DNA of 26,149 nucleotides from Holophagaceae bacterium UBA1801 (GTDB taxonomy: Bacteria > Acidobacteriota > Holophagae > Holophagales > Holophagaceae), in NCBI GenBank assembly GCA_002319925.1, contig DCFP01000094.1:13839-39987 (forward strand). The letters run 5' to 3'. The position numbers were made by a program, and so were the translations under genes. Below, one piece after another: positions 17,384 through 24,358 of the stretch. Each line of letters starts with the position of its first letter. The first letter of the stretch is position 1. The notes beneath the pieces are model-generated. The model ran no database searches and was not told the origin of the DNA. It worked only from the letters and a program-made list of their open reading frames with translations.

Positions 17384-17746
17384 GCGCTGCGTCTGGTGCT
17401 TGATGAAGGGAAAAACAAGGTCTTTGCTCGCCACCTGGAATGTCGTGCACGCTTGGTCGACGGCTTGCAAGCTCTAGGCCTGAAGATGCTGGTGGAGCCC
17501 GCCTCGCGGCTGCCCATGCTCAACTCCGTGGTCATCCCGGAGGGAGTCGATGACGCGAAAGTCCACAGAGCCCTGCGCATCAAACACAACATCGAAATCG
17601 GTGGCGGGCTTGGTTCTCTGGCCGGAAAGATCTGGAGGATCGGGACGATGGGGCACACCGCGTGGCCGGAGAATGTCGACCGGATCTTGGCGGCGCTGCG
17701 CAGCAAACTCATGCATGGCCAAGAAGCTCTGCTTCGTAGCGCATGA
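17384..17746 (+). pseudogene. Class-V aminotransferase (serine-pyruvate / alanine-glyoxylate type) C-terminal fragment, 5'-truncated remnant
   Basis: The frame opens right after an in-frame TAG at 17381-17383. The translation VFARHLECRARLVDGLQALGLKMLVEPASRLPMLNSVVIPEGVDDAKVHRALRIKHNIEIGGGLGSLAGKIWRIGTMGH matches only the C-terminal small domain of AGXT/SPT-type aminotransferases. No frame in 17151-17383 encodes the N-terminal PLP domain. Confidence 0.6.
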
Positions 17747-17835
17747 TTCGGGTTGGGACTCGTCGAGAATCAGGAAGCGGTTCTCGATTCGTGGGGTCGT
17801 GGTGATGAGCACTTCCCTCTGAAGACCAAGCAATA

Positions 17836-18120
17836 TCAATCGACCCGGCAGCAGACCTCGCCCTGGGAATAGGTCTGGCACGCCAGGCGCTGGTTCTGTC
17901 TGGCCTTGAGGATCCGCAGAATCCGCGCTTCGACGGTTCCCACCGGGGAGAGCTGGTCCTGGCCCTCTTCGACGGTGACGAGGCAGGTCCCACAGCGGGC
18001 GTGGCCCCTGCAGCGCTGGGTGAGGGCGATCCCGGCCTTGTTGGCTGCCACCAGCAGGCTGTTCTCCTTCCCCAGTTCCACTTCCACCGCGACCTTGCCC
18101 CTGAATGTGACCTTGTACAT
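17836..18120 (-). CDS. Small 2Fe-2S ferredoxin-like protein
   Basis: 94-aa protein MYKVTFRGKVAVEVELGKENSLLVAANKAGIAL..CRGHARCGTC...LACQT with a plant/adrenodoxin-type Cys pattern (C-x5-C-x2-C...C) in a beta-grasp-like sequence. GAGG lies 4 nt upstream of the ATG at 18120. The track's longer 165-aa version has a low-complexity Gly/Arg/Ser N-terminus that I judge untranslated. Confidence 0.55.
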   Translation of the reverse strand: MYKVTFRGKVAVEVELGKENSLLVAANKAGIALTQRCRGHARCGTCLVTVEEGQDQLSPVGTVEARILRILKARQNQRLACQTYSQGEVCCRVD

Positions 18121-18161
18121 GCATCCTCGCGAAGCCGGCCTGCTGGCCGCACCTGTCAGTC

Positions 18162-18217
18162 TAGTGTAGCCCGCTGGAAATACGTGAATCATCCCTAGCT
18201 CTTTACCAGGGCTACAC
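18162..18217. promoter_or_regulatory. Inverted repeat tagtgtagccc / gggctacac(gtg) with a 36-nt spacer in the ferredoxin / SRPBCC divergent region
   Basis: The 9-bp arms gtgtagccc / gggctacac are perfect. Further GC-rich palindromes follow (cccccaggggg; cctctg-cggccgc-cagagg) within the 296-bp divergent intergenic region. Confidence 0.3.
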
Positions 18218-18416
18218 GTGGCAGGGGTCTGGAGGCACGGCAGTGCCCCCAGGGGGTGACAGGCCGTGGAGGCGCTGCCTCTGCGGCCGCCAGAGGGGCC
18301 TCGCCCCGATGGAGATGCACCCCGCCCGACCACTCAACGTTCGATGTAATCGACCCAGGCGGGGTGCATCAGGCCATGAATATGTAAACCCCAAACGATC
18401 GGGTAAACTGGTGAGT

Positions 18417-18833
18417 ATGTGGCACACCGAGCACACCCTTGAGACCACCACGGAGCCGGAGGCCATCTGGCGCCGCTACGAGGACGTCTGTGGCTGGCCG
18501 GACTGGGACGAGGGTCTGGAATGGGCGCGGCTGCTGGGTCCACTCAAGGTGGGCAGCGCGGGCAGCCTGAAGCGCAAGGGCGGGCTCCGTCAGCGATTCA
18601 TGGTGGTGGAGGTCAATGAGGGCCGGGGATTCACGTGCATCGGCCGGAAGCTGCTGACCCACATGCGCCTCGTCCACAGCGTCGAGCCCAGTTCCCTGGG
18701 CAGCCGCGTCACCCACCGGGTGGAAGTGCAGGGTCCCATGGCCTGGTGGCTGCAGCTCACCATGGCCCGCCGGATCCGCCAGACCTTGGCCCCCGCCGTA
18801 CGGAAACTGGCACGCATCGCCGGAAGACACTGA
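18417..18833 (+). CDS. SRPBCC superfamily (polyketide cyclase/dehydrase-like, START/Bet v1 fold) protein
   Basis: 138 aa, MWHTEHTLETTTEPEAIWRRYEDVCGWPDWDEGLEWARLLGPLKVGSAGS.... The N-terminal E.IW..Y.D...WP.W pattern is typical of Polyketide_cyc2/SRPBCC ligand-binding proteins. Confidence 0.55.
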   Translation: MWHTEHTLETTTEPEAIWRRYEDVCGWPDWDEGLEWARLLGPLKVGSAGSLKRKGGLRQRFMVVEVNEGRGFTCIGRKLLTHMRLVHSVEPSSLGSRVTHRVEVQGPMAWWLQLTMARRIRQTLAPAVRKLARIAGRH

Positions 18834-18834
18834 A

Positions 18835-19188
18835 TTGGCGGATGCGCAATCGACACCTGAAGTCGTGGTCCAGCGGCAGCTGGAGGCCTACAACCGTCAC
18901 GACCTGGACGCCTTCTTGGCCTGCTACGGCGAGGACGCCCGGGTCTACCGGATCCCGAATCCAGACCCAACGCTTGCGGGCCGTATTCGGATCGGGGTGC
19001 ACTATGCGGCCCATCGGTTCAATGTCCCTGAGTTGCGCGCCGAAATCCTGAGCCGGATGAAGCTCGGCAACAAGGTCATCGATCACGAACGGGTGACTGG
19101 TCTTCCCGATAGTCCGGTGGAAGTGGTTGCCATCTATGAAGTCGTGGATGGCCTGATCCAGAACGTCTGGTTCGTCCAGCCCCACTGA
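18835..19188 (+). CDS. SnoaL/NTF2-like fold protein
   Basis: 117 aa. VVQRQLEAYNRHDLDAFLACYGEDARVY is the classic SnoaL-like N-terminus. The TTG start sits 1 nt after the SRPBCC stop, so the two are translationally coupled. Confidence 0.5.
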   Translation: MADAQSTPEVVVQRQLEAYNRHDLDAFLACYGEDARVYRIPNPDPTLAGRIRIGVHYAAHRFNVPELRAEILSRMKLGNKVIDHERVTGLPDSPVEVVAIYEVVDGLIQNVWFVQPH

Positions 19189-19208
19189 TTCCGTATCCGG
19201 AGCCGATC

Positions 19209-19805
19209 ATGAAGTCCATCCGAAGCGCGATGCTGACCTCGATTCTTCTTGTGGGCACGGTCATCGCCCCAAGTTTCGCCCAGGAAATCCAGGCCAAGCC
19301 CCAGCCCTGCGACACCTGCTTGCCGGGCATCATCAACTTCGCCAAGGTGTCCGATGCGCTATGGCGCGGCGCCCAGCCCACGGTGGAGGGTTTCCAGAAC
19401 CTGGAGAAGATGGGCGTGAAGACCATCGTGAGCTTCCGCCACGACCACGACGATCTGGCCCTGATGAAGGGCACCCACCTGAAGTACCTGCGGATCTCCT
19501 CCCGCGCCTATCGTCCGACCAAAGCGAACGTGACCCACTTCCTCAAAGTGATGGAAGATCCGGCCAACTGGCCCGTCTTCGTCCATTGCGCCCAGGGCCG
19601 CGACCGCACAGGCTACAACACGGCGGCCTACCGCATGGTTTACCAGGGCTGGCAGGCCGAAGATGCGATCCAGGAAATGCACACCTTCCACTTCAACCGC
19701 ATCTGGTTCTGGGATCCCCACTTCGTCCGGGAGTTGAATTCGGGAGAACTCAAGGAACGGCTGAAGACGGAGCCGCAGCCTGTGTTCCAGAGCCCCGCGC
19801 CGTGA
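19209..19805 (+). CDS. Secreted protein-tyrosine/dual-specificity phosphatase family protein
   Basis: Signal peptide MKSIRSAMLTSILLVGTVIAPSFA|QE. Catalytic P-loop VHCAQGRDRTGY (CX5R[S/T]). Confidence 0.7.
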   Translation: MKSIRSAMLTSILLVGTVIAPSFAQEIQAKPQPCDTCLPGIINFAKVSDALWRGAQPTVEGFQNLEKMGVKTIVSFRHDHDDLALMKGTHLKYLRISSRAYRPTKANVTHFLKVMEDPANWPVFVHCAQGRDRTGYNTAAYRMVYQGWQAEDAIQEMHTFHFNRIWFWDPHFVRELNSGELKERLKTEPQPVFQSPAP

Positions 19806-20626
19806 CATCCAGTCGCAGGATTCTCTTCGTCAGCCTGACCGTGGTTCTGGGGATGATCGCCCTGGCAGGGGGCGGCGCGCTCGCTTACTATCTGCGCCAC
19901 AAAGCCACGGAAGTCAGCGCCGATGCCGGAGCGGATGTCTCCGAGGCCGATGCCGGTCCCGTGGGCCAGGTGTTTCCGGGCTTGAAGAGCGAAGAACTCC
20001 TGCCCAAGTTCAAGCCATCCATCGAGGGCGTGGATTGGGAACTCATGCTGGCCAAGCCTTTCCAGCAGTCCGGGAAAACCTATGCAGTGGCGGTCTTCGC
20101 CACCTACGATCTGGACGACCAGGGCAAACGGGTGGATGCACATGCCAACGGCGCAAACCTCTGCCCGGCCCTCTTCGTGCAGGAATCGAGCGGCGGGTGG
20201 CGCTGCCTGGAATTCAAGGACGACTTCACCCGCGCGGGTTCCTGGGGGAACTCGGGGGACGTGGAACTGGTCAGGTTGGGACCCGATCGATGGGGTCTTT
20301 CCGTGACCACTGGCTTCACGAATCAGGGCGTGACATCGTCCAGCGCCAGCTACTACGAGTTCGGACGCCTCCCTGAAACGGGTGCCACTCCGACCCTGCA
20401 ACTCAAGGATGTCCTGGATCTCACCAACTCCCTCGACAATGGCGGCGTGGTTGACGATGGGGACGCGGCCGAGAGTTGGGGAACGAAGACAGCTTTCCTG
20501 CCCAAGGTGGTGAACGAGCATTTCGTCATTTCCGTCCAGCCCGATGGTGAGCTACCCGAAGGTAGCGAAGCGCCTGTGGGAACATACGAATTCTCGCCAG
20601 CTGCTGGGATCTACAAGAAGCAATAG
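19802..20626 (+). CDS. Membrane-anchored hypothetical protein with an extracytoplasmic domain
   Basis: The GTG start overlaps the phosphatase stop (ccGTGA). An N-terminal TM anchor RRILFVSLTVVLGMIALAGGGALAYYL precedes a ~230-aa Gly/Asp/Ser-rich domain with no recognisable motif. Coding-like G/C at third codon positions. Confidence 0.45.
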   Translation: MTSSRRILFVSLTVVLGMIALAGGGALAYYLRHKATEVSADAGADVSEADAGPVGQVFPGLKSEELLPKFKPSIEGVDWELMLAKPFQQSGKTYAVAVFATYDLDDQGKRVDAHANGANLCPALFVQESSGGWRCLEFKDDFTRAGSWGNSGDVELVRLGPDRWGLSVTTGFTNQGVTSSSASYYEFGRLPETGATPTLQLKDVLDLTNSLDNGGVVDDGDAAESWGTKTAFLPKVVNEHFVISVQPDGELPEGSEAPVGTYEFSPAAGIYKKQ

Positions 20627-20633
20627 CGGATTG

Positions 20634-22364
20634 TCAGCGCCAGGTTGCGAAGGTCTTGCGGAATTCCTGCAACACTTCCTCCGCCGCCCTGAGTCCATGA
20701 TCCTGGGCCTCTTCGAAGAGGGCAAAGCCTGATAAGTCCGAGTGGGCGAAGTGGATGTTCTGGAAGGGCACTCGCGCTTTTTCGAGTACATCGCTCCACA
20801 TGAAGTGCGGTCGTGGGCGGATCATGGCGTGGGCCCAGCGCATGACGTCGATGCGCGAGATGCATGATTCGAGATCCGGATGGGCGATGCGCAGATCGTC
20901 CAGGATGAAGCGGACGCAATCGCGCCAAGAGACGCTGTAGAGCCGTTCCCAGTCGGAGCGGATATCCGCGCCCGCCAGGGCATGGTAGAAGGTCCAGACC
21001 GTGGGGCCGTGATCGCGCAGGCTCTGGTGGGTATCCACTACGTAGCCCAGGCCCTTGCCGTCCCGGATGACGTTGTCCCAGGCCATGGAGAAAAAATGTT
21101 CCTTGGGCCGTTCGCGCAGCGTCAGGTTGGACACGATCCAGGAGCTGGGCAGGAATTCCTGGAAGAAGGCTCGGCCCCGGGCGCGGGCCAATTCGGGAAT
21201 CACGCGGCCCGCCATGATCATGGAGCCCGCGAAGATCACGCGCTTGGCTGCGAAGCCGAGGGCGCACCGCTGGACGGCATCCCAGGCCAGGACCTTCACC
21301 TTGCCGTTCTCAGTGGTGATCCGCGTGACGGCGATGCCGGTGCGCACCTGCTCCTTGCAGCGCTCGTAGAGATGATTTACCAGGAAGCCGTTCCCCTCGG
21401 GCCAGGTGAGCACCGGGCGGGTCTCTTCCTTCGGATGGGATTTGCGCGCGGCGAAGTAATAGATGCCAGCCCAGGCGCTGGTGGTCTCGGGCCGCGCGCC
21501 GTAGTCGTCGCGGCAGGCGTAGTCCATGAGCCAACGGAGCCGCTTGGAGTCGAGGCCTCGCGCGTCGAGCCAGTCCTTGAAACTCATGGTGTCCAGCGCG
21601 CGCACCTCTGCGTCATCGGAACCCTTGGAACGGGGCACGGCAAAGGCCCTGTGGCCTTTGGCATCCCGCCAGAGCACCCATCGATCCACTTCGTCGAAGA
21701 AGGCCTTGTACTGACGGATGTCCTCGGGGCTTTCTCCGGCATGGAGATACAGGCCTTCCCACCACTGTCCCACGGCGAAGATGCGCTCCTCGGGACTCCG
21801 CACCAGGTGCTCCTCACCGAAGATGGGCTCGTCCTTGGCGTCGTAGCCCTCGATGACACCCGCTTCCTCCAGCAGCCGGATCATGGGCACGGTCTCGCGG
21901 GTGGGCGCCACCACATAGTGGGCAGCCAGCGGATAGGCGCTGACGCCGTTCCGCCCCGAGCGCGCCGTGCCGCCCACACCGGATTCCAATTCCAGCAGTG
22001 TGAAGTCCTCGAAGCCCGCGCCCTTCAAGCGCCAGGCCGCGGAAAGGCCCGCGATGCCGCCGCCTACGATGACCACATCGATGGGTTCGAAGGATGAAGG
22101 AGCGGGCAGATCGCCATCCCGCGCGGCATGACCGAGATCGACGGAAGGTCCGATCAGATCGCCGTCGAAGGTGAATTCTACTTTCTGGCTTTTGCAGGCA
22201 AGGTCCACGAGGGGAATCGCCGCGGAGGCAGCAAGGAAGGTTCGGCGCTTCACGTCAGGACCACCGGTTCCATTCACGGGGCCCCCTCCGTGATCGCAAG
22301 CCAACGGCGCAGCGGGAGCGGGAGCAAAGCACAGTGCGCTTTGCGATCGGGGGGTAGTCCACAT
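20634..22364 (-). CDS. Tat-signal FAD-dependent oxidoreductase (amine-oxidase / FAD-NAD(P)-binding superfamily)
   Basis: Twin-arginine motif KRRTFLAASAAI. Rossmann dinucleotide fingerprint DVVIVGGGIAGLSAAWRL. The ATG at 22364 lies 3 nt after the upstream gene's stop (TGAaccATG). An alternative GTG start at 22253 would put the RR motif at the N-terminus. Confidence 0.75.
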   Translation of the reverse strand: MWTTPRSQSALCFAPAPAAPLACDHGGGPVNGTGGPDVKRRTFLAASAAIPLVDLACKSQKVEFTFDGDLIGPSVDLGHAARDGDLPAPSSFEPIDVVIVGGGIAGLSAAWRLKGAGFEDFTLLELESGVGGTARSGRNGVSAYPLAAHYVVAPTRETVPMIRLLEEAGVIEGYDAKDEPIFGEEHLVRSPEERIFAVGQWWEGLYLHAGESPEDIRQYKAFFDEVDRWVLWRDAKGHRAFAVPRSKGSDDAEVRALDTMSFKDWLDARGLDSKRLRWLMDYACRDDYGARPETTSAWAGIYYFAARKSHPKEETRPVLTWPEGNGFLVNHLYERCKEQVRTGIAVTRITTENGKVKVLAWDAVQRCALGFAAKRVIFAGSMIMAGRVIPELARARGRAFFQEFLPSSWIVSNLTLRERPKEHFFSMAWDNVIRDGKGLGYVVDTHQSLRDHGPTVWTFYHALAGADIRSDWERLYSVSWRDCVRFILDDLRIAHPDLESCISRIDVMRWAHAMIRPRPHFMWSDVLEKARVPFQNIHFAHSDLSGFALFEEAQDHGLRAAEEVLQEFRKTFATWR

Positions 22365-22367
22365 GGT

Positions 22368-23912
22368 TCATGACCAGCGGTTCCATTCTTCTGCGTAGAG
22401 GTGCACCAGCACTTGGTTATCCAGGCGGTTCACCTCCACGGGCACGCGGTCCATGTCCTTGGGGAAGACGAACATGGATGCCATGGACTCGTCGGATAGG
22501 TGGCGCAGGTTCGGCAGAGTATGTCGTGGAATGTCGAAGGGCGCAGGGCTCGCGAGGACGAAGCCCCAGACGCTGAAGGAAGGCACGGCGAGGTGGTAGG
22601 GCCGTGCCTGGAAGCCCGCGGCTTCCACGGTGGCATCGATGCACCAGAAGGACTTCCTCGCCATGAGTGGCGAGGTGCACTGGATGGAGGCAACGCCATC
22701 CGGCGCGAGCTGACGCTTCAGCAGTTTGTAGAACCGCGTGGTGAACAGTTTTCCGACGGCGTAGGTGTTGGGATCCGGAAAGTCCACAATGGCGATATCG
22801 AAAGGCGGTTCGCCTTTTCGTTCCGCGATCCAAACCATGGCATCCGCGTTGATGACCTTCACGCGCGGGTCCAGCAGGGACCCGCCATTGAGTTCCCGCA
22901 GCAGCGGCATCTTCGTGGCCAGCTCTGTCACCAGTGGATCCAAATCCACCAGCACCACCTCCTTCACTTCGGGGTGCTTCAGGATTTCTCTCACGGCCAA
23001 GCCATCGCCACCGCCACACACGAGCACGCGCTGAGCGTGGGGTTTCACGGCGAAGGCCGGATGCACGAGGGCTTCGTGGTAACGGTATTCGTCCGCCGAC
23101 GAGAACTGCAGGTTGCCGTTGAGGAAGAGCTGGAAGCTGCCGCGGCCGCGGGTGAGCACGATGCGCTGGTACGGGGAATCCTTCGCGTAGACGATCTCGT
23201 CCGTGAAGATCTCTTCTTCCGCTGCGAGGGTGAAGCGATTCGCGCCGATCACGCCTGCGGCGAGGAATACAAGGACGACGGCGCTGCGGAGGCGCAGCCC
23301 GAAGGTCGGCCCGATCTGGGATTGCAGCAGGTACGTGGACCAGAGGCCCACGATGGCGTTCAGCATGCCGAAGGCGAGACTCGTGCGCACAAGGCCCAGC
23401 TTGGGCATGAGCAGCAGCGGGAAGAGCAGGGAGGCGGCCAGGGCACCGATGTAGTCGAGGGTCAGGACCTGGGCGATGAGATCCTTGAAGCGCACCTGGT
23501 GGCGCAGGATCCGCATGAGCAGCGGGATTTCCAGCCCCACCAGCACGCCGATGGCGACGACGATCCCGTAGAGGGAAGGGCGGAAGGCGTGGGTGCGCGC
23601 GAAGGAGAGGAACAGGATCGGCGCGGAAAAGCCGCCCACCAGCGCCACGGCCAGTTCCAGGTCCACGAAGCGTCGGGCGAGTCCCTTGTGGATGTGCTTG
23701 GAGAGGTAGGAGCCCAGGCCCATGGCGCTGAGGTAGACGCCGATCACCGTGGAGAACTGCATGACGGAATCGCCCAGCAGGTAGCTGGCCAAGGTGCCCG
23801 CCACCAGCTCGTAGACCAGGCCGCAGGCGGCGATGATAAAGACGCTGATGAAGAGGAGGGAGGCTTTCAGGGGCTGGCTGGAGCGCGTGTCCAGGACTTC
23901 CAGATCATCCAT
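22368..23912 (-). CDS. Membrane-fused polyamine aminopropyltransferase (spermidine/spermine synthase with a ~220-aa N-terminal polytopic TM domain)
   Basis: About seven predicted TM helices are followed by a SpeE catalytic core: VLVCGGGDGLAVREILKHPEVKEVVLVDLDP (the GGGDGG..RE motif), IVDFPDP and VKVINADAM. The start overlaps the upstream DUF350-like gene by 8 nt. Confidence 0.8.
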   Translation of the reverse strand: MDDLEVLDTRSSQPLKASLLFISVFIIAACGLVYELVAGTLASYLLGDSVMQFSTVIGVYLSAMGLGSYLSKHIHKGLARRFVDLELAVALVGGFSAPILFLSFARTHAFRPSLYGIVVAIGVLVGLEIPLLMRILRHQVRFKDLIAQVLTLDYIGALAASLLFPLLLMPKLGLVRTSLAFGMLNAIVGLWSTYLLQSQIGPTFGLRLRSAVVLVFLAAGVIGANRFTLAAEEEIFTDEIVYAKDSPYQRIVLTRGRGSFQLFLNGNLQFSSADEYRYHEALVHPAFAVKPHAQRVLVCGGGDGLAVREILKHPEVKEVVLVDLDPLVTELATKMPLLRELNGGSLLDPRVKVINADAMVWIAERKGEPPFDIAIVDFPDPNTYAVGKLFTTRFYKLLKRQLAPDGVASIQCTSPLMARKSFWCIDATVEAAGFQARPYHLAVPSFSVWGFVLASPAPFDIPRHTLPNLRHLSDESMASMFVFPKDMDRVPVEVNRLDNQVLVHLYAEEWNRWS

Positions 23913-24126
23913 GGATGGAGGCGGCGATGATCAGGGAGATACCCAGGATCAGGCTTCCCAGGACGATGCCAAGGGCGATGTTCTGGTCCACCTCCATCTC
24001 CTTGCGCAGCGAGAAGGGCAGGATCTTCACCATGATCGCCCACACGATGCCGAGGATGGCGAGACCCAGGATGCAGAATATCGAGGCCGTCAACAGCGGC
24101 CGCCAGAGCGTGGTCATTAGATCCAT
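23905..24126 (-). CDS. DUF350-like small two-TM membrane protein
   Basis: 73 aa, MDLMTTLWRPLLTASIFCILGLAILGIVWAIMVKILPF..EMEVDQNIALGIVLGSLILGISLIIAASIHG. It has two TM helices and an N-x-A-x-G-I motif. AGGAG lies 8 nt upstream. Its position directly 5' of the membrane SpeE matches the DUF350 context I recall from other genomes. The track's longer 132-aa version is a low-complexity extension. Confidence 0.5.
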   Translation of the reverse strand: MDLMTTLWRPLLTASIFCILGLAILGIVWAIMVKILPFSLRKEMEVDQNIALGIVLGSLILGISLIIAASIHG

Positions 24127-24178
24127 CACGTGTCTCCTCTGAATCCGGAAGGGAGAAAATACGGTTTGTGAATCGCGG

Positions 24179-24358
24179 CTACTTTCCGCCGCGGAAACCG
24201 TGGTTGTGCAGGAAGGTTCGGTAGCCGCCGGGAGTCTGCCGGACGCTGGGCGGGAGTTCCATGCGCTGGTGATCGCCGAAGAACTCGTGGCCGAGGAAGG
24301 CATTGGTGCCCAGGAATCCGAAGCTTCCCGCCAGGACGAGCAAATAGAAGGTGCGCAT
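24179..24358 (-). CDS. Unannotated 59-aa small protein: hydrophobic N-terminus (signal or TM) followed by a His-rich tail
   Basis: MRTFYLLVLAGSFGFLGTNAFLGHEFFGDHQRMELPPSVRQTPGGYRTFLHNHGFRGGK. The ATG overlaps the DUF4178 stop codon as TGATG (translational coupling). About 49 of 59 codons end in G or C, consistent with coding in this genome. The tail after the hydrophobic segment carries 5 His in 36 residues. Confidence 0.45.
   Translation of the reverse strand: MRTFYLLVLAGSFGFLGTNAFLGHEFFGDHQRMELPPSVRQTPGGYRTFLHNHGFRGGK

Noticed and set aside
17474-18333. Long minus-strand ORFs (216 aa and 165 aa) spanning the aminotransferase remnant and the ferredoxin
   Set aside because: The N-terminal extensions are Gly/Arg/Pro/Ser low-complexity with no coding signal. 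Only the C-terminal 94 aa (17836-18120), with its ferredoxin Cys motif, is retained.
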